Source: Gemmatimonadaceae bacterium (GTDB lineage: Bacteria; Gemmatimonadota; Gemmatimonadetes; Gemmatimonadales; Gemmatimonadaceae). Taken from it: a stretch of DNA of 53,865 bases. The stretch's first letter is position 1. The number at the start of each line of letters is the position of its first letter. This document shows positions 1 through 9,979 of the stretch, piece after piece. Below the pieces are notes generated by a model. It worked only from the letters and a program-made list of their open reading frames with translations. It searched no databases and was not told where the DNA came from. The stretch lies in NCBI GenBank assembly GCA_041749115.1, contig JBGTBX010000415.1, forward strand, positions 1-53,865, read 5' to 3'. Both the position numbers and the translations under genes were made by a program.

Positions 1-727
1 TAAACCATGGTGCGATTCCCGTGCTCGTCTTACTGAAGCACGCTTCGTAAGCCTGCATGTAGGCTGGCCACAGTCTTCTCTCTTCGACGTCGGCGACGCT
101 GAGCTTCCAGTTCTTGTCCGGTTCATCGATGCGCTTCAAGAAACGCTTTCTTTGGGTGTCCTTCGACTCGTGAAGGAAGATCTTGATAATCCGCGTGCCG
201 TTGCGGTAAAGATGGTTCTCGAGATCGACGATCGACCGATATCGCTCCATCCAAATGGTTTTCTCGTTCCGCAACTCGTCCGGAAGTCCTTGACCAGCAA
301 GAAGCTCTGGATGCACGCGCACGATGAGCACCTCCTCGTAGTAGGAGCGATTGAAGATCCCGATGCGTCCACGCTCCGGCAGGCGTCGAGTAGTTCGCCA
401 AAGAAAATCGTGTTCGAGCTCCTCGGCGCTCGGCTGCGCAAAGCTGAACACCTGACAGCCTTGTGGATTAACGCCTGACATGACGTGGCGAATGGCGCCG
501 TCCTTGCCGGCAGCGTCCATCCCCTGAAAGATGACCAGCACGGCGTAGCCGTTGGATGCGTAGTGAAGCCGCTGCAGGGACGCCAGCTCGTCCACCTGTG
601 CGCGGAGAAGTTTGTGGTATTCCTTCTTCGACTTATAAGCGCGTTTCACGTGCGTGGGCCACTTCGCAAGGTCGACCCTCGTTCCCTCGGGAACACAGAA
701 ATCACGCGGATGGATTGTCAGCGTCAT
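1..727 (-). CDS. ppk2: Polyphosphate kinase 2 (PPK2) family protein, 3'-partial (runs off left edge)
   Basis: Reverse-strand translation from ATG at about 727 reads [10 protein letters not shown]...[22 protein letters not shown]...[47 protein letters not shown]. It carries the PPK2 Walker A (GMDAAGKDG) and lid motifs. Missing from the ORF track because it has no stop inside the window. Its ATG overlaps the phosphoketolase TGA (ATGA). Confidence 0.8.
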   Translation of the reverse strand, partial: MTLTIHPRDFCVPEGTRVDLAKWPTHVKRAYKSKKEYHKLLRAQVDELASLQRLHYASNGYAVLVIFQGMDAAGKDGAIRHVMSGVNPQGCQVFSFAQPSAEELEHDFLWRTTRRLPERGRIGIFNRSYYEEVLIVRVHPELLAGQGLPDELRNEKTIWMERYRSIVDLENHLYRNGTRIIKIFLHESKDTQRKRFLKRIDEPDKNWKLSVADVEERRLWPAYMQAYEACFSKTSTGIAPWF

Positions 728-3081
728 GACCGCCACCTCCAGTCGCGAATTTCCGGCAGGTCTCGACCGTTCGTGTTGATGTACCGCTTGTGCTCGATCA
801 GCTTGTCCTGAAGGTGTTTCTTGAGCGCGATGCCTTTGTCACGCGCTTGCGGCACCCGGTCGATGGTGTCAATTACGAGGTGGAACCGGTCCAGATCGTT
901 GAGCACAGTCATGTCGAACGGCGTGGTGATCGTGCCCTCCTCCTTGTAACCACGCACGTGAATGTTCACGTGGTTCGTGCGGCGATACGTGAGCCGGTGA
1001 ATCAACCACGGGTATGCATGGAATGCGAAGATGACGGGCTTGTCTTTCGTAAAGAGTTGATCGAACTCCGTGTCGCTGAGCCCGTGCGGATGCTCGGACT
1101 CCGGTTGCAGTCTCATAAGGTCGACGACGTTGACCACGCGGACTTTCAGGGCGGGCAGGTGCTCGCGCATGATGGAGACGGCGGCGAGCGTTTCCAGCGT
1201 GGGCACATCGCCGCAGCAGACCATGACCACGTCGGGCTGCGTGCCCTGGTCGTTCGACGCCCATTGCCATATTCCGATGCCAGCGGTGCAATGCTTGACG
1301 GCGGCGTCCATCGTCAGCCATTGCGGCGCCGGATGTTTGCCAGCGATCACCAGATTCACGTAATGGCGGCTGCGCAGGCAGTGGTCCATCACCGAGAGCA
1401 GACAGTTCGCATCGGGAGGAAAGTATGCGCGCACAACCTCCGCCTTCTTGTTCACGACGAGGTCGACGAAGCCGGGATCCTGGTGCGTAAAGCCGTTGTG
1501 GTCCTGGCGCCATACGTGGGACGCCAGCAGGTAATTCAATGAAGCGATCTTGCGTCGCCACGGGAGTTCTGCCGTCACCTTCAACCACTTGGCGTGCTGA
1601 TTAAACATCGAATCGACGATGTGGATGAATGCCTCGTACGAGTTGAAGACTCCGTGCCGTCCGGTGAGCAAGTAGCCCTCAAGCCAGCCCTCGCATTGGT
1701 GCTCGCTGAGCATCGAGTCGAGCACCCGTCCGCTCGGTGCGAGAAATTCGTCGTTCGGCTGGATCGCGGCGTCCCATTGGCGATTGGTCACCTCGAAGAC
1801 AGCTTCGAGGCCGTTGGAGACCGTCTCGTCGGGTCCGAAGATCCGGAAATTCCGCTGCTCACTATTGAAGCTCGCCACATCGCGCAGGAAAGGACCGAGC
1901 ACTCGTGTATCACCGATGCCGTGCACCCCGGGAGCCGGCACGTCGGCCGCGTACTCGCGGAAGTCCGGCATCCGCAGATCCTGCAGCAACAAGCCGCCGT
2001 TGGCATGCGGATTAGCGCCCATCCGTCGATGCCCCTTGGGTGCGAGTTCGGCCAGCTCCGGCATTAAGCAGCCTTGCTCATCGAACAGCTCCTCGGGCCG
2101 GTAGCTCCTCAGCCAGGCATCGAGCAACGAAAGGTGCTCGGAGTGGGCTCGTGGGTGGAGCGGAACCTGATGCGACCGAAAGGTGCCTTCCACTCGTAAG
2201 CCATCAACTACCCTGGGGCCGGTCCAGCCCTTGGGCGACTTGAGGACGATCATTGGCCAGCGCGGGCGGGTGAGATGTCCATCAATCCGCGCCTGCTGCT
2301 GAATGCTTTTGATCTCCTCAACCGCCTTGTCGAGCGCCGCGGCCATCGCCTCGTGCATCGGCGCGGGCTCGTGACCTTCGACGAAAATAGGTGCCCACCC
2401 GTAGCCGCGAAGCAACTGCTCCAATTCCTCATGCGTGATGCGGGCGAGGATCGTCGGGTTGGCGATCTTGTATCCGTTGAGATGCAGGATCGGCAGCACG
2501 GCACCGTCAGCTGCGGGATTGAGAAACTTGTTGGAATGCCACGCGGTGGCGAGTGGCCCGGTCTCGGCCTCACCATCGCCCACAACGCAGGCGACAACGA
2601 GCTCCGGGTTGTCGAAAACCGCTCCAAACGAATGGCTTAGCGAATAGCCCAGCTCGCCACCCTCGTGGATAGACCCCGGGCACTCCGGTGATGCGTGGCT
2701 GGGAATGCCCCCTGGAAAGGAGAACTGGAGAAAGAGCTTCTGCAGCCCGATCTCATCCCGGCTTATCTCAGGATAGATCTCGCTGTACGTGCCCTCGAGG
2801 TAGGTGTTGGCCACCACGGCCGGACCGCCGTGACCTGGTCCGGAGACGTAGATCATGTCGAGGTCGTACTTCGTGATGACCCTATTCAAGTGCACGTAGA
2901 TGAAGTTTTGCCCGGGGGTGGTGCCCCAGTGCCCCAACAGCATGTGCTTCACGTCAACAAGCTTCAGCGGTCTCCGGAGCAGCGGATTATCGAAGAGGTA
3001 CATCTGGCCGACCGACAGATAGTTGGCAGCGCGCCAGTACGCGTCCATCCGTTTCAATAGCTCTGGCGTCAGGGTGCTCAT
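724..3081 (-). CDS. xfp: Xylulose-5-phosphate/fructose-6-phosphate phosphoketolase
   Basis: 785 aa ORF. N-terminus [29 protein letters not shown], with [43 protein letters not shown] (TPP-binding). Length and motifs are typical of Xfp. Confidence 0.9.
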   Translation of the reverse strand: MSTLTPELLKRMDAYWRAANYLSVGQMYLFDNPLLRRPLKLVDVKHMLLGHWGTTPGQNFIYVHLNRVITKYDLDMIYVSGPGHGGPAVVANTYLEGTYSEIYPEISRDEIGLQKLFLQFSFPGGIPSHASPECPGSIHEGGELGYSLSHSFGAVFDNPELVVACVVGDGEAETGPLATAWHSNKFLNPAADGAVLPILHLNGYKIANPTILARITHEELEQLLRGYGWAPIFVEGHEPAPMHEAMAAALDKAVEEIKSIQQQARIDGHLTRPRWPMIVLKSPKGWTGPRVVDGLRVEGTFRSHQVPLHPRAHSEHLSLLDAWLRSYRPEELFDEQGCLMPELAELAPKGHRRMGANPHANGGLLLQDLRMPDFREYAADVPAPGVHGIGDTRVLGPFLRDVASFNSEQRNFRIFGPDETVSNGLEAVFEVTNRQWDAAIQPNDEFLAPSGRVLDSMLSEHQCEGWLEGYLLTGRHGVFNSYEAFIHIVDSMFNQHAKWLKVTAELPWRRKIASLNYLLASHVWRQDHNGFTHQDPGFVDLVVNKKAEVVRAYFPPDANCLLSVMDHCLRSRHYVNLVIAGKHPAPQWLTMDAAVKHCTAGIGIWQWASNDQGTQPDVVMVCCGDVPTLETLAAVSIMREHLPALKVRVVNVVDLMRLQPESEHPHGLSDTEFDQLFTKDKPVIFAFHAYPWLIHRLTYRRTNHVNIHVRGYKEEGTITTPFDMTVLNDLDRFHLVIDTIDRVPQARDKGIALKKHLQDKLIEHKRYINTNGRDLPEIRDWRWRS

Positions 3082-3266
3082 GATTTCCTGCCGCCGGGAC
3101 GAAGCAAGTTTACTAACTGGCAGCCTTGCCCAGGGTCGACCGTTGTCGCAGGGCGCACGCGAAAGTGATTCACATCCGGTTTCATCCTATCGCTCGCTCA
3201 ATACCTGCTCGCTTCATCCGTAGGTGCAGGACTTCCGCAGGGGCATGCGAAATAGCGCAGCTACAC

Positions 3267-3455
3267 TTATCCACAGCAGCCTCCAGGATTTCCCTCCGGT
3301 TTTGCACCGACCGGAGTGGACAGGAATTTTGCCCGACAGTGATCGCCGCAGAAGTAGAACGTTTTTCCGTCGCGCTCGGCGTGTATCGCGGTTGCTTCGT
3401 CCACGGTCATCCCGCAGACAGGGTCGATTGTTTTGGCTATCGTCGTTTGTGTCAT
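3267..3455 (-). CDS. YHS-domain metal-binding protein (62 aa)
   Basis: MTQTTIAKTIDPVCGMTVDE...GKTFYFCGDHCRAKF is the YHS/TRASH-type Cys motif (CGM...YFCS.HC). C-terminal GGCCG. Confidence 0.7.
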   Translation of the reverse strand: MTQTTIAKTIDPVCGMTVDEATAIHAERDGKTFYFCGDHCRAKFLSTPVGAKPEGNPGGCCG

Positions 3456-3585
3456 GGTTTTTCAATCCTGTTTGTTGTTGGGGAAATTTCGACGGCGGCG
3501 TTCCGTGGTCGTTGAGAATTCTCGTCGCGAGGCTATCACGACCACGATCAGGGCAATGCCCCAAGCTCCGGAATGGGCAATGTGA

Positions 3586-3996
3586 TTATCCATCCTGGCG
3601 TTCCTTCGCGTTGAGCTGGCGAGGGGCAAGCCCCAGGTTGTAAAATCCCCCGATCAACACCCCGGCAAACCAGCCAAGAATAAAGGTGGTGGCCAATCCC
3701 AGCATGGCTTCGCTGAGGGGAATGCTGGCCTTTAGAATCGGCTCGACATTCAGGCCATGCAACAGGCTGTTGAAGAACACCACGGCCTTTTCGCGTGAGA
3801 CGGTGGCCATCGTGATCACGCAGCCAAGGTAGAACACCACCCCTGTCACGCCGAATGCCCATCCCAGGCGTATTGGGTTCAGTGGCGCCAACACGCGCGC
3901 GCCTTTGCGAGCGGAACCCGGCGAGGTAAACTCAATCTCGGGATCGGAGCCTTGTTTAATGCTGGTGCGCATGTTTCTGGTCTCCCTTTTTTCCAT
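3586..3996 (-). CDS. Hypothetical integral membrane protein (about 3 TM helices)
   Basis: The ORF has hydrophobic stretches GVTGVVFYLGCVITMATV, LGLATTFILGWFAGVLIGGFY. No recognisable catalytic motif. Start may be the internal Met (MRTSIKQ). Confidence 0.45.
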   Translation of the reverse strand: MEKRETRNMRTSIKQGSDPEIEFTSPGSARKGARVLAPLNPIRLGWAFGVTGVVFYLGCVITMATVSREKAVVFFNSLLHGLNVEPILKASIPLSEAMLGLATTFILGWFAGVLIGGFYNLGLAPRQLNAKERQDG

Positions 3997-4150
3997 GCGT
4001 GTGATCGCTGAAATGCATTAGGTGTCCCACGAGCATCGCGCCGAATGCCACTGTCAGTACCCAACCACTCCCCATGCCCATGGCGGGAAGCAGAAAGATC
4101 AGGAGCAGCGGCACTCCGCAGCTTAGTATCATTAGGATGTTGTGTTTCAT
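3956..4150 (-). CDS. Small membrane protein, DUF2933-like, His-rich C-terminus (64 aa)
   Basis: MKHNILMILSCGVPLLLIFLLPAMGMGSGWVLTVAFGAMLVGHLMHFSDHTHGKKGDQKHAHQH. One or two TM helices with a conserved Cys-x-x-Pro and a His-rich tail. Such proteins typically sit in metal-resistance loci. Confidence 0.5.
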   Translation of the reverse strand: MKHNILMILSCGVPLLLIFLLPAMGMGSGWVLTVAFGAMLVGHLMHFSDHTHGKKGDQKHAHQH

Positions 4151-4531
4151 GCGCGCGTCCTCTCACCTCGGTCAGGACCTGCGATCTCCAGAACGGCTCC
4201 AGGAATGACCACCGCCATTTTGCGCGTGATCCCCTGCGTCAGCCGCATGCCGGAAGCCCGTGTCGCAGCACGCCACGGTCTGCCCCCGCCTTGTTGGCCG
4301 GGCCTGCCTCGACCTGACCCGGTATTCCTACTGCGAGTGTCCAGCTATCACGCCATAGGTGCCGCCGTCGGTGACATCCTCGTTCAGGTCGAGGCGCTCG
4401 TTAGGCAGACGCATGCAATGGCTTCGCTGTCGATGCGTAAAGCTACCGGACGTGCGGTACGAGCGCTGCTGGCCGTAAGAGGTAGGAGCGGGCGGCCGCA
4501 ACTCCGTTCATCGCGCCTCCAGCGACCTGGC

Positions 4532-5971
4532 TCAGGCCGGAGGTCCGCCGCTCACGAATCCAGCGACGACATAAAGCACGGCCGCGATGCCAGCAGCGGC
4601 GACGTTATACGGGGCGGCGTAGCGCAGATATTTCGCGTGGTCCGCTCGCGCAATGTTGGACGCCATGTTGGTCATTCCCGCGACGGGGGACGTCACGTCA
4701 CCGAATGTGCCTCCGGTGATGACAGCGGCGACGCAAAGAGGAATGCTGGCACCAGCAGAAACCGCTAAAGGAATTGCGAAGGGCATGATGAGCGACGCGG
4801 ACCCCCAACCCGACCCAATGAAGTACGTGACGGAGGCCGAGAGAACAAAGAGTGTTGCCGCCACGCTCCAGCCCGGCATAGCACTCCCCACCAAATCCTT
4901 GATGAACGCGTTCATCCCCAGTTCCTGCGAAACGGCGGCCAATGGCCACGCGATAGTCAGGATCACCAGAGTCGGCATGATTTCGTTTCCACCGGAGATA
5001 ACGTCGGGCACCATCTCACTGGTTCGGTACCCTTGCAACGCATACAAGGCGGCCGTCACGAAGATCGAGATGAACAGCGCGACGAGCATCGCTCTGTTCG
5101 GTTCACTGTTCGCAATCGCCGCACGCATTGAGGCGTCGCCCGACTGTTGTACCCCGAAGTACCAGAAGAAAAAAATGCTCAGTGCAATGACGGTCAGCAT
5201 CGGAAGGACAAGATTCACGAGTCGAGCTGTGATCACTGGCGCTTCAGCATCCATGGTCATGCCTGTCTGCGCAGGCGGCCCGTTAGGCGCGCGTGCTGCT
5301 GAGCCGGATTCACCACTGCGGGGTGCGCGGAACATCGAGAGAAACGTGATTGCGATTGCGACGAGACCGAAGAACTCGAGCGGTATGGCTTTCAACCAGA
5401 TGGAGTAGGCACTGGCCTGATCGCTGATTCCGGCGCTCTTCAGGCCGAGGGAAATGATCGCCACGTTGAATCCCACGTAGGTAGTCGCGATCGGGATGAG
5501 TTCGACAACCGGGCTCGCCGTATTGTTCAGCATGAACGCAAGGCGTTCACTGGCGATCCCGTGCTTCTCCGCAAGCGGTCGCGTGATGGACCCTGCGCCA
5601 ACGATCCGGAAGCCGCAGTCGATGAAGGTCACCGGAATGAGCGCCCATAGCACGTAGAACACACCTCTCTCGCTTGAGACGTGGTCGCCGGTTAACGCAG
5701 AGAACGCCTGGATCCCGCCCGACTTCTTAATGATGCCCATCAGGCCACTGAACAGATACAGGAAAAGCAGCACCTGAAGACTGTCCGTGTCTGTGAGCGT
5801 GACGACGATCTGATCTACAGCCGTTTCAACTCCGCCGGTGACGCGCCGGTCGAGCAGATACCCTCCCGTAAGCAAGCCAGCAAGCAAGGAGGGGATGATG
5901 CGCTTCGACCAGATCGCGAGCCCGATCGTGACAAGCGGAGGCAGGGTCGAGAGCCACGTCATGGTGGTCAT
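4532..5971 (-). CDS. nhaC: Na+/H+ antiporter NhaC family
   Basis: 479 aa polytopic membrane protein. Motifs typical of the NhaC family (FIDCGFRIVGAGSITRPLAEKHGI, GSGWGSASLIMPFAIP). Confidence 0.75.
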   Translation of the reverse strand: MTTMTWLSTLPPLVTIGLAIWSKRIIPSLLAGLLTGGYLLDRRVTGGVETAVDQIVVTLTDTDSLQVLLFLYLFSGLMGIIKKSGGIQAFSALTGDHVSSERGVFYVLWALIPVTFIDCGFRIVGAGSITRPLAEKHGIASERLAFMLNNTASPVVELIPIATTYVGFNVAIISLGLKSAGISDQASAYSIWLKAIPLEFFGLVAIAITFLSMFRAPRSGESGSAARAPNGPPAQTGMTMDAEAPVITARLVNLVLPMLTVIALSIFFFWYFGVQQSGDASMRAAIANSEPNRAMLVALFISIFVTAALYALQGYRTSEMVPDVISGGNEIMPTLVILTIAWPLAAVSQELGMNAFIKDLVGSAMPGWSVAATLFVLSASVTYFIGSGWGSASLIMPFAIPLAVSAGASIPLCVAAVITGGTFGDVTSPVAGMTNMASNIARADHAKYLRYAAPYNVAAAGIAAVLYVVAGFVSGGPPA

Positions 5972-6179
5972 AAGAATCGTCGCATTGTGGCTGACAGATC
6001 AATGATCTCGACCCCGTAGAGAGGATACCGCGCTGCCGAACAGAGCTGAGCGTCGTAGCCGACTGGCGACCGGTAGCTAAGCTGCAGCCCGAATCGGCGC
6101 GGCGGACCGGCAGCTTCAGCCATCTGCCGGGCTCCGGATTCACTCAGGGACATGGCCGTTTACCATTCCTGACCGTGCG

Positions 6180-6377
6180 CTATTTCTTCTTCCTGAGATA
6201 GCCAGCGCCGAGGACGACAAGGACCAGGAGAATAATCCAGGTACCCCAACCGAAGCCCATTCCCCATCGGCTGTGCGAGCCCGTCATACCACCAACTTGA
6301 CCGTTGCCCATCTGGGCAAGCACCACACCTGGTGTCAGCAGAAGCACTGTCGTCGCGGCTAATCGTACCTTTCCCAT
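6180..6377 (-). CDS. Small secreted/membrane-anchored Gly/Met-rich protein (65 aa), hypothetical
   Basis: This is the C-terminal part of the long 6180..6956 antisense ORF. Internal ATG preceded by a strong SD (GGAGGGGG-N5-ATG). The product MGKVRLAATTVLLLTPGVVLAQ|MGNGQVGGMTGSHSRWGMGFGWGTWIILLVLVVLGAGYLRKKK has a signal peptide, a Gly/Met/His-rich segment, a TM anchor and a KKK stop-transfer. Confidence 0.5.
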   Translation of the reverse strand: MGKVRLAATTVLLLTPGVVLAQMGNGQVGGMTGSHSRWGMGFGWGTWIILLVLVVLGAGYLRKKK

Positions 6378-6518
6378 TGTCGCCCCCTCCTGCGGAAATA
6401 AGGACAGCAACCAGCAGTGGAACGGCGTTCCATCGTGGCTTCGAGCAGGATAATCATTTAATCCTACGTCTCCGCGGCGCATTACGCGAGACGTGCAAAC
6501 AACCTCAGCGAGAGCGTC

Positions 6519-7342
6519 TTGACGCGAGCTGACATTTTCGTTCTGCCGATGATCGAGGACAATCCCGAGCGCCCCATGTATTTCTCGCGCTCTGCCGGGA
6601 GCTACGGACGCGAGCTGGGCCTCGAGGCCTTGGTCTCTCTCGACGACGCGCGCATTCAGCAGGAGCACATTGAATACCCGTCTCCCAAGGGGTACGGCAC
6701 CATGCGGGGCTACATGGCGCGCCCCAGTGGTGCAACCGGTCGGCGCCCCGGCGTCCTCGTGATTCACGAAAATCGCGGACTCAACCCGCACATCGAAGAC
6801 ATCACTCGGCGCCTCGCTGTCGACGGTTTTCTCGCCTTTGCGCCTGACGCGCTCTTCCCACTCGGCGGGGACCCCGGTGATGAGGAGAAGGCACGCGAGG
6901 TGTTCCCCAAGCTCGAGCAAGCCAAAACGCGCGAAGATTTTATCGCGGGCTCGCACTTCCTTAAGGCTCGGCCCGAATGTACGGGCAACATCGGCGCCGT
7001 TGGATTTTGCTACGGTGGCGGCATGGTCAACTTCCTTGCCACGCAGCTTGGCAGCGACCTCTCAGCCGGCGTTGCATTTATGGTTCGTCGCCAGATTTAG
7101 CTGAGGTACCGAAGATTAAGGCGCCGTTGATTATTCAGTCCGCGGAGACCGACGAGCGGATTAACGCCAGCTGGCCGGCGTACGAAGCCGCGTTAAAGGC
7201 TGCTGGTGTGAAACATGAGCGGCACGTGTACCCGGGAACGCAGCATGGATTCAACAACAACACCACGCCACGTTACGACGCCGCTGCTGCCAAGCTCGCG
7301 TGGGACCGCACGGTGGCGCATTTCAGGCAGCACGTGAAGTAG
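6519..7342 (+). pseudogene. Dienelactone hydrolase family protein, interrupted by a -1 frameshift near 7080-7100
   Basis: Two ORFs in different frames (6519..7100 and 6977..7342) together span a complete DLH: ...GFCYGGGMVNFLATQLGSDLSAGVAF | YGSSPDLAEVPKIKAPLIIQSAETDERI...YPGTQHGFNN. The shift lies at a T-run (gcattta tgg; TTTT would restore GVAFYG). Confidence 0.7.
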
Positions 7343-7503
7343 TCGGGGGCAACGCTCCTGTTCCGGCATGCCATTGGAGCATTTGCGCCAGCGCCGTACC
7401 CTTCGCCTAACGAATAGGCGTGCGATAGCAACCGGCGCTAAATTGCGCTTGCTACCGGGGACACACCTGATTTGCCCGTGGGCCCCCGGCGGTTGCGGAG
7501 GCT

Positions 7504-8532
7504 CTAGGGAAATGCCTGACGAATCCCCAAGGTTTCGTCCGTTCGCCGCATAGACTGGGCGGCGTTAGGCTCCTTTCCCGTAAGGGCGCGGATAGCGTCG
7601 ATCGTCTCGGGCACCACAATCGCCTGATTGTCCACCTGGTATGCGTAAAGGAGCTCCCGGCCCTCCAAAGAGAGTATGTCCTCCCAGATCGCCACCTCCC
7701 ACATGTCCCCGCGAGGTCGCCCGATCTCTTTCATGATCTCGGCAGTGACGTTAAGTGCCTCGATCCCGGCATCAACGCGGATAAACGCGATCCTTGGTAC
7801 CGCCCGGAACGCTTCGAGTACTTCGTCACGGCTGGCCGCGCGAGTCAAATCGACCATCCAATGGTGCAGGTGCGCGACGTTCTGTGGTGACTTCGAAGCC
7901 ATGGTGATGACATCAAGCTCAGGTATGACAGTTTTCGCATCGGGCCCCTGATGGCTGGGAATGCTCGGCTCCGGCACCATTGTGTTCAGGATGCCTCCTC
8001 GATGGCTTTCCCATGGGTCGGTTGCCCTTCGCACCAGCACGCCACGCGCTCGGAGTAGGAGCCCCGCCTGGCGAAGCGCGAATAACGTGCGCACTGTGGC
8101 CGTCGTGTTGCACGAGACTACGCGGGTCATTCGGCGATTGAGCGCGGACGCGTAGTTTGCGCTGGCCACGAAGCTGTGGCCGGCAAGCTCGTGTTTCGAA
8201 CCACCTTGAAACACGGCTCGGATTCCCGCCTTCTCGTAGCGCGGTCGGTTGCTGGCATCGATGCCCTTCGGCGTACAATCGACCACGACGTCGGCATCGT
8301 GAAGCAGTGACTCAATGTCTCCACGGGGTTCCAGTCCCGCAGCGAGCATCGCTGCGCGACCGTCACTTGTGGCAGCAAAGATTGGGAAGCCCCGCTGCTC
8401 AGCGATGCGCATTCGCCAGTCCGCTACCAGATCGGCGACGCCGACCAACTCCATGTCCTCCTGTATAGCCACTGCGTCTGCTACGCGACGTCCAATGACG
8501 CCGTATCCATTCACTGCGACTTTGATGCTCAT
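7504..8532 (-). CDS. gap: Type II (archaeal-type) glyceraldehyde-3-phosphate dehydrogenase
   Basis: MSIKVAVNGYGVIGRRVADAV...DVVVDCTPKGIDASNRPRYEKAGIRAVFQGGSKHE...TRVVSCNTT...VLVRRATDP. Co-linear with archaeal phosphorylating GAPDH (e.g. MKAVAINGYGTVGKRVADAI...VVSCNTTGL...RRGADP), not bacterial GapA. Confidence 0.75.
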   Translation of the reverse strand: MSIKVAVNGYGVIGRRVADAVAIQEDMELVGVADLVADWRMRIAEQRGFPIFAATSDGRAAMLAAGLEPRGDIESLLHDADVVVDCTPKGIDASNRPRYEKAGIRAVFQGGSKHELAGHSFVASANYASALNRRMTRVVSCNTTATVRTLFALRQAGLLLRARGVLVRRATDPWESHRGGILNTMVPEPSIPSHQGPDAKTVIPELDVITMASKSPQNVAHLHHWMVDLTRAASRDEVLEAFRAVPRIAFIRVDAGIEALNVTAEIMKEIGRPRGDMWEVAIWEDILSLEGRELLYAYQVDNQAIVVPETIDAIRALTGKEPNAAQSMRRTDETLGIRQAFP

Positions 8533-8581
8533 TCTACGTCCTCGTGTCGTGTGGATTAAAGGCTTGCTTCAGGGCGTGATC

Positions 8582-9532
8582 TCAGGCCTCCAACAGCGCG
8601 CGAATGGTCTTTCGTTCGAGGCGGACGCTCCTGATGCCTGCCGCGACGCACTCCCTCCGCGCGCTGAACTCCAGCGTATCTATGCTGCGTTTGAAGATTG
8701 GGCGGAGTACGTGATCCGCCGCCGCAAAACGGGCGTGCGCATGTTGACGGTGGCAGATGTCTACCGCGCGAAACAGGGCTTGGAAGCCGTTACGGATCTC
8801 GCCGGCATGGTCAAGACGCCCCGCGTCGACCGCAATAACCGGCGAAGACTGGAGTTCGCGGGCAACATCCACTGGCGCCAAATCGGAATATGCTCCGTCT
8901 GCCAGAAGATATTGTCCCATCTCCAATGGGGGGAGTACGCCAGCCAGTGCCGCGCTTGCGTAAACTGCGTCATCCGACGGCGCGGTTTGCAGAACCACTC
9001 GTTCTCCACTCCGCAGGTCGGTAGCCGTGACGACGACAGGAACGCGCCCGCTGTCCAGACGCCCGTGGCCCACGAGTCGCCTCAATTCCAACAAGCCAGT
9101 TTTCCGGCTTCGGGCACCGACTCCCCAATCAACGAACATGCTCCAGAGCATTCGAACTTTTGCAAATGTGTTCAGGACGGCGCGAGTCCGAAGTCGAGTA
9201 TCTTGCTCAACGCTTCCGACCGGACCCGGGAAGTCGCTAAGCTTCAAATTCAAGACGGCCTCATACCAGTCATCGCGCTGGGCATACGCCACCCCCACAA
9301 CCGCGCCCATCGACACGCCGACCACAAGGTCTGGGCGGTAGCCCTCGTGCTCCAGAGCGCGAAGGACCCCAAGGTGGGCGAATCCTCTCGCCCCTCCGCC
9401 GCCCAGAACAAGTGTGAATTTTCGATGGGGACGCATTCCTGCACTTGTCGCAGCTAAAATGTCCGGCGGCCAGCGATCTCGCTCCTTATTCATGCTTCGC
9501 CTCCACGCGTGCGGCAAAGTATGGCGTGCCAA
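8582..9532 (-). CDS. Patatin-like phospholipase
   Basis: FTLVLGGGGARGFAHLGVLRALE (oxyanion Gly-rich loop), GVSMGA (GxSxG nucleophile) and the DGA motif (YLLADGAYSD). Start may be an internal Met (MNKERD or MRPHRK). Confidence 0.8.
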   Translation of the reverse strand: MARHTLPHAWRRSMNKERDRWPPDILAATSAGMRPHRKFTLVLGGGGARGFAHLGVLRALEHEGYRPDLVVGVSMGAVVGVAYAQRDDWYEAVLNLKLSDFPGPVGSVEQDTRLRTRAVLNTFAKVRMLWSMFVDWGVGARSRKTGLLELRRLVGHGRLDSGRVPVVVTATDLRSGERVVLQTAPSDDAVYASAALAGVLPPLEMGQYLLADGAYSDLAPVDVARELQSSPVIAVDAGRLDHAGEIRNGFQALFRAVDICHRQHAHARFAAADHVLRPIFKRSIDTLEFSARRECVAAGIRSVRLERKTIRALLEA

Positions 9533-9667
9533 TCCTGAAGATTCGAACCATCTCGGCCGGGTCGTCCGCCATCGTCATTGGACGCAGTGCATCCTCCGAA
9601 AGCGTTCCCGACCCAACGCGAGCGGCTCGAAGCCACGCCTTCCCGGAGCGCAGTCGACACGCCGCGA

Positions 9668-9979
9668 TTATGCCCGCGACAGTTCACGCGCCTTCCACAA
9701 AGAGTACACCGCAGGGATTACGACCAATGTGAGCACGGTGCTGGAAATCATCCCTCCCACCATCGGGGCAGCAATTCGTTTCATCACGCTGGCGCCCGCG
9801 CCATCACCGTACAAAATGGGAACAAGACCGGCCATGATCGCAGTGACGATCATGAGCTTCGGCCGTACCCGCTCGACGGCACCTTCCATCACGGCGTCGT
9901 ACAGATCACGCGTTGTGGGCGTGCCCCAACAACCAGCCATGCAACCAGCGTAACCGTAGCTGAACCCAGCGCGATCCAC
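9668..9979 (-). pseudogene. C-terminal fragment of a CusA/CzcA-family heavy-metal RND efflux pump
   Basis: ...DLYDAVMEGAVERVRPKLMIVTAIMAGLVPILYGDGAGASVMKRIAAPMVGGMISSTVLTLVVIPAVYSLWK matches the last roughly 90 residues of CusA/CzcA. About 950 aa of upstream pump sequence is absent. Confidence 0.7.

Noticed and set aside
790-2104. Several 100-250-aa ORFs on both strands inside the phosphoketolase gene
   Set aside because: All are nested in or antisense to a full-length conserved xfp.
4142-4768. 208-aa plus-strand ORF
   Set aside because: Antisense to the 3' part of nhaC and to the nhaC-DUF2933 spacer. Arg/Ser/Gly-rich GC artefact.
6378-6956. Upstream 193 codons of the 258-aa minus-strand ORF (6180..6956)
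   Set aside because: This part lies antisense to the dienelactone hydrolase gene and is low-complexity Arg/Ala-rich, typical of spurious high-GC ORFs. Only the C-terminal 65 codons with their own SD were kept.
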